Below are positions 62,272 through 64,000 of a DNA stretch of 64,000 bases, in pieces. This stretch comes from Octopus vulgaris (Eukaryota): NCBI GenBank assembly GCA_951406725.2, contig OX597815.1, positions 27,156,001 through 27,220,000 of the forward strand. Direction: 5' to 3'. The notes beneath the pieces are model-generated. The model was given only the letters and a program-made list of their open reading frames with translations. It did no database searches and was not told the origin of the DNA. Every line of letters begins with the position of its first letter. The first letter of the stretch is position 1. A program made the position numbers and the translations under genes.

Positions 62272-62825
62272 TATCTATACATGTATATGGATATATACAT
62301 ATATGTGCATATGTGTGTGTGCGTGCATACGAGCATGCGTGCGTACGTGCGAGCATGTGTGTGTGCGTGCGAGCATGCGTGCGTGTGTGTATGTTTGCGT
62401 GCATGTATGTATGTATCTCTGTATGTATGTTTATATAAGCTTACCATATGAAGTTAAAACCAGGACCGTAGGTGTTGAAACTGAGACGAATGGGAATATG
62501 ATGTAAGATTTGAAGAGTCACAGTATTTGGTCTGGGTACTATAGGAGAGCAGGTCTTTTCTCCTTATCAGGCAGAGGATCCGGGGAATATTTTTATTTCA
62601 AATATATTAACTTAATTGCACGTTTGGAGACAGTTTCCAGCAAGTGGTGAAGTGCTATGTGTGAGGATTTGTCATTATCACTTAAACGGTTGAGGTTCTG
62701 GCTGAGAGACTTAGAAAGACAGATTATGTACAAAAATATTATTCTTTACAACCTATGCATTTAAAGTACTGTCAAGTAGCATTTAAAGATAAATTAAACT
62801 CTACACATGTCACAAAGAATTTCTA

Positions 62826-63715
62826 TGTTGCTGCACGTAATATTTCTGCAGCGTACACTCAAGTGAAATTCCTCTCTCTCTCCTTTATTATATATACGTG
62901 CATTCGAACGTAGCAGGTAACAGCTAACCTTTGGCCACTATTTGGATCCCGTTGTGTCCACTACTGTGATTGGTTGGTATTGACGCAATTTGTCTCTTAC
63001 TCTGTCGCGCCAATTTGCTGAGTATAACCAATTAGAGCCTCTAAATAAAATCACGTGAGAGAGCCAGTTTTGAGCCTAGTGTTCGTTATAAAAACCGAGC
63101 TTTTCCCTCATTATATGTCTTTGGTTCCAAACCTTTTAAGGTTTAGCCACTGATCACACAAGACACAGCCAGTTCTAGCGACAACACCACAGCAGCCACT
63201 TTGAGACCAATTTCGTCCAACTGCATTACGGCAGTCTTCTTCTTCGTTGCCACCATCATCTTCTTAACGTCATCAACATCATCTCTCTACGTACACAACT
63301 CAACAAGCAACTCGCTCAAGTTCCAACACTTTTCTGTTCGTGAATTACTTCACCGTGGAGTAACAGCGAATATACAACCTGCATGAACTCCTGTACTAAG
63401 TGACTCAGGCAGCAGCATCACAACCACGACTTCACGTACGACATGGCCGCAATTTCAGTATTTCAACTGTACAATGGACTATGAACTGGTATTCTCATTC
63501 ATGTGTCTATGAACTCACTTCGATTGCTATAGACTCTTTTACTGTTCTCTTCTTTGCTGTTCTTATATTTTCTTAACACACGCTTACATACATTTTGTTC
63601 ACACGAGGGCCTGTCTATTATTCTGTATATACGATACACACACAGACACACATGTTTACATGTCAATAAATCATTTTACGCGGATGTCTTATTTTTCTCT
63701 ACCAGCAGACATTTG
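62826..63715. repeat. Long non-coding dispersed repeat, possible solo LTR (copy 2)
   Basis: Direct, diverged copy of 43168-44095. Confidence 0.7.
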
Positions 63716-64000
63716 AAGTTTATATTCAATTATTGTAATCTTCAATAAATCTTATTTAAAAAAAAAAATATTCAGTTATGTTCGTGTCTGCTTAATTTGG
63801 TATAACATACAGAAACAATAATCAAAAACAACTCACTAGTCAACCTACGACATTCATAACGAACATATCTTTTAGATGTGCTACTTTTCTTCAAATTTAA
63901 AGTTCTATATTGTTCAAACTTCTGCCTGAGAAGTCACAAAGCCATTTGTAACAACAACTTCATTAAATAAGTTATCAATATTTACAAGGGTTGGCTGTAA

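Overview
AT-rich, microsatellite-dense animal genomic DNA. The SINE/LINE repertoire looks like octopus (coleoid cephalopod); this is recognition from memory, not a database result. Two host genes are supported. One is a minus-strand BOD1/BOD1L-family gene (COMPASS/SETD1-associated Shg1-like N-terminus) with 9 phase-consistent coding exons from 27926 to 1952 (about 1227 aa). The other is a divergent plus-strand UBOX5/RNF37 gene (U-box plus C3HC4 RING) with an uninterrupted CDS at 37172-38848. The rest is mostly transposon debris: RTE, R4/Dong-like, CR1/L2-like and L1/Tx1-like LINEs, a Gypsy-type integrase relic, two Penelope-like elements, Tigger, hAT, piggyBac-type MITEs, Helitron-like elements and three tRNA-SINE families. 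The most unusual signals are at RNA level: five hammerhead-ribozyme motifs, two of them inside a head-to-head dimer of a tRNA-head + (AAT)n + hammerhead-tail unit (a candidate Penelope-mobilised, ribozyme-bearing SINE); tandem compact pseudoknot-like motifs in the RTE 3' tail; and long near-perfect hairpins. All alignments and folds were done by eye, and repeat boundaries are approximate.
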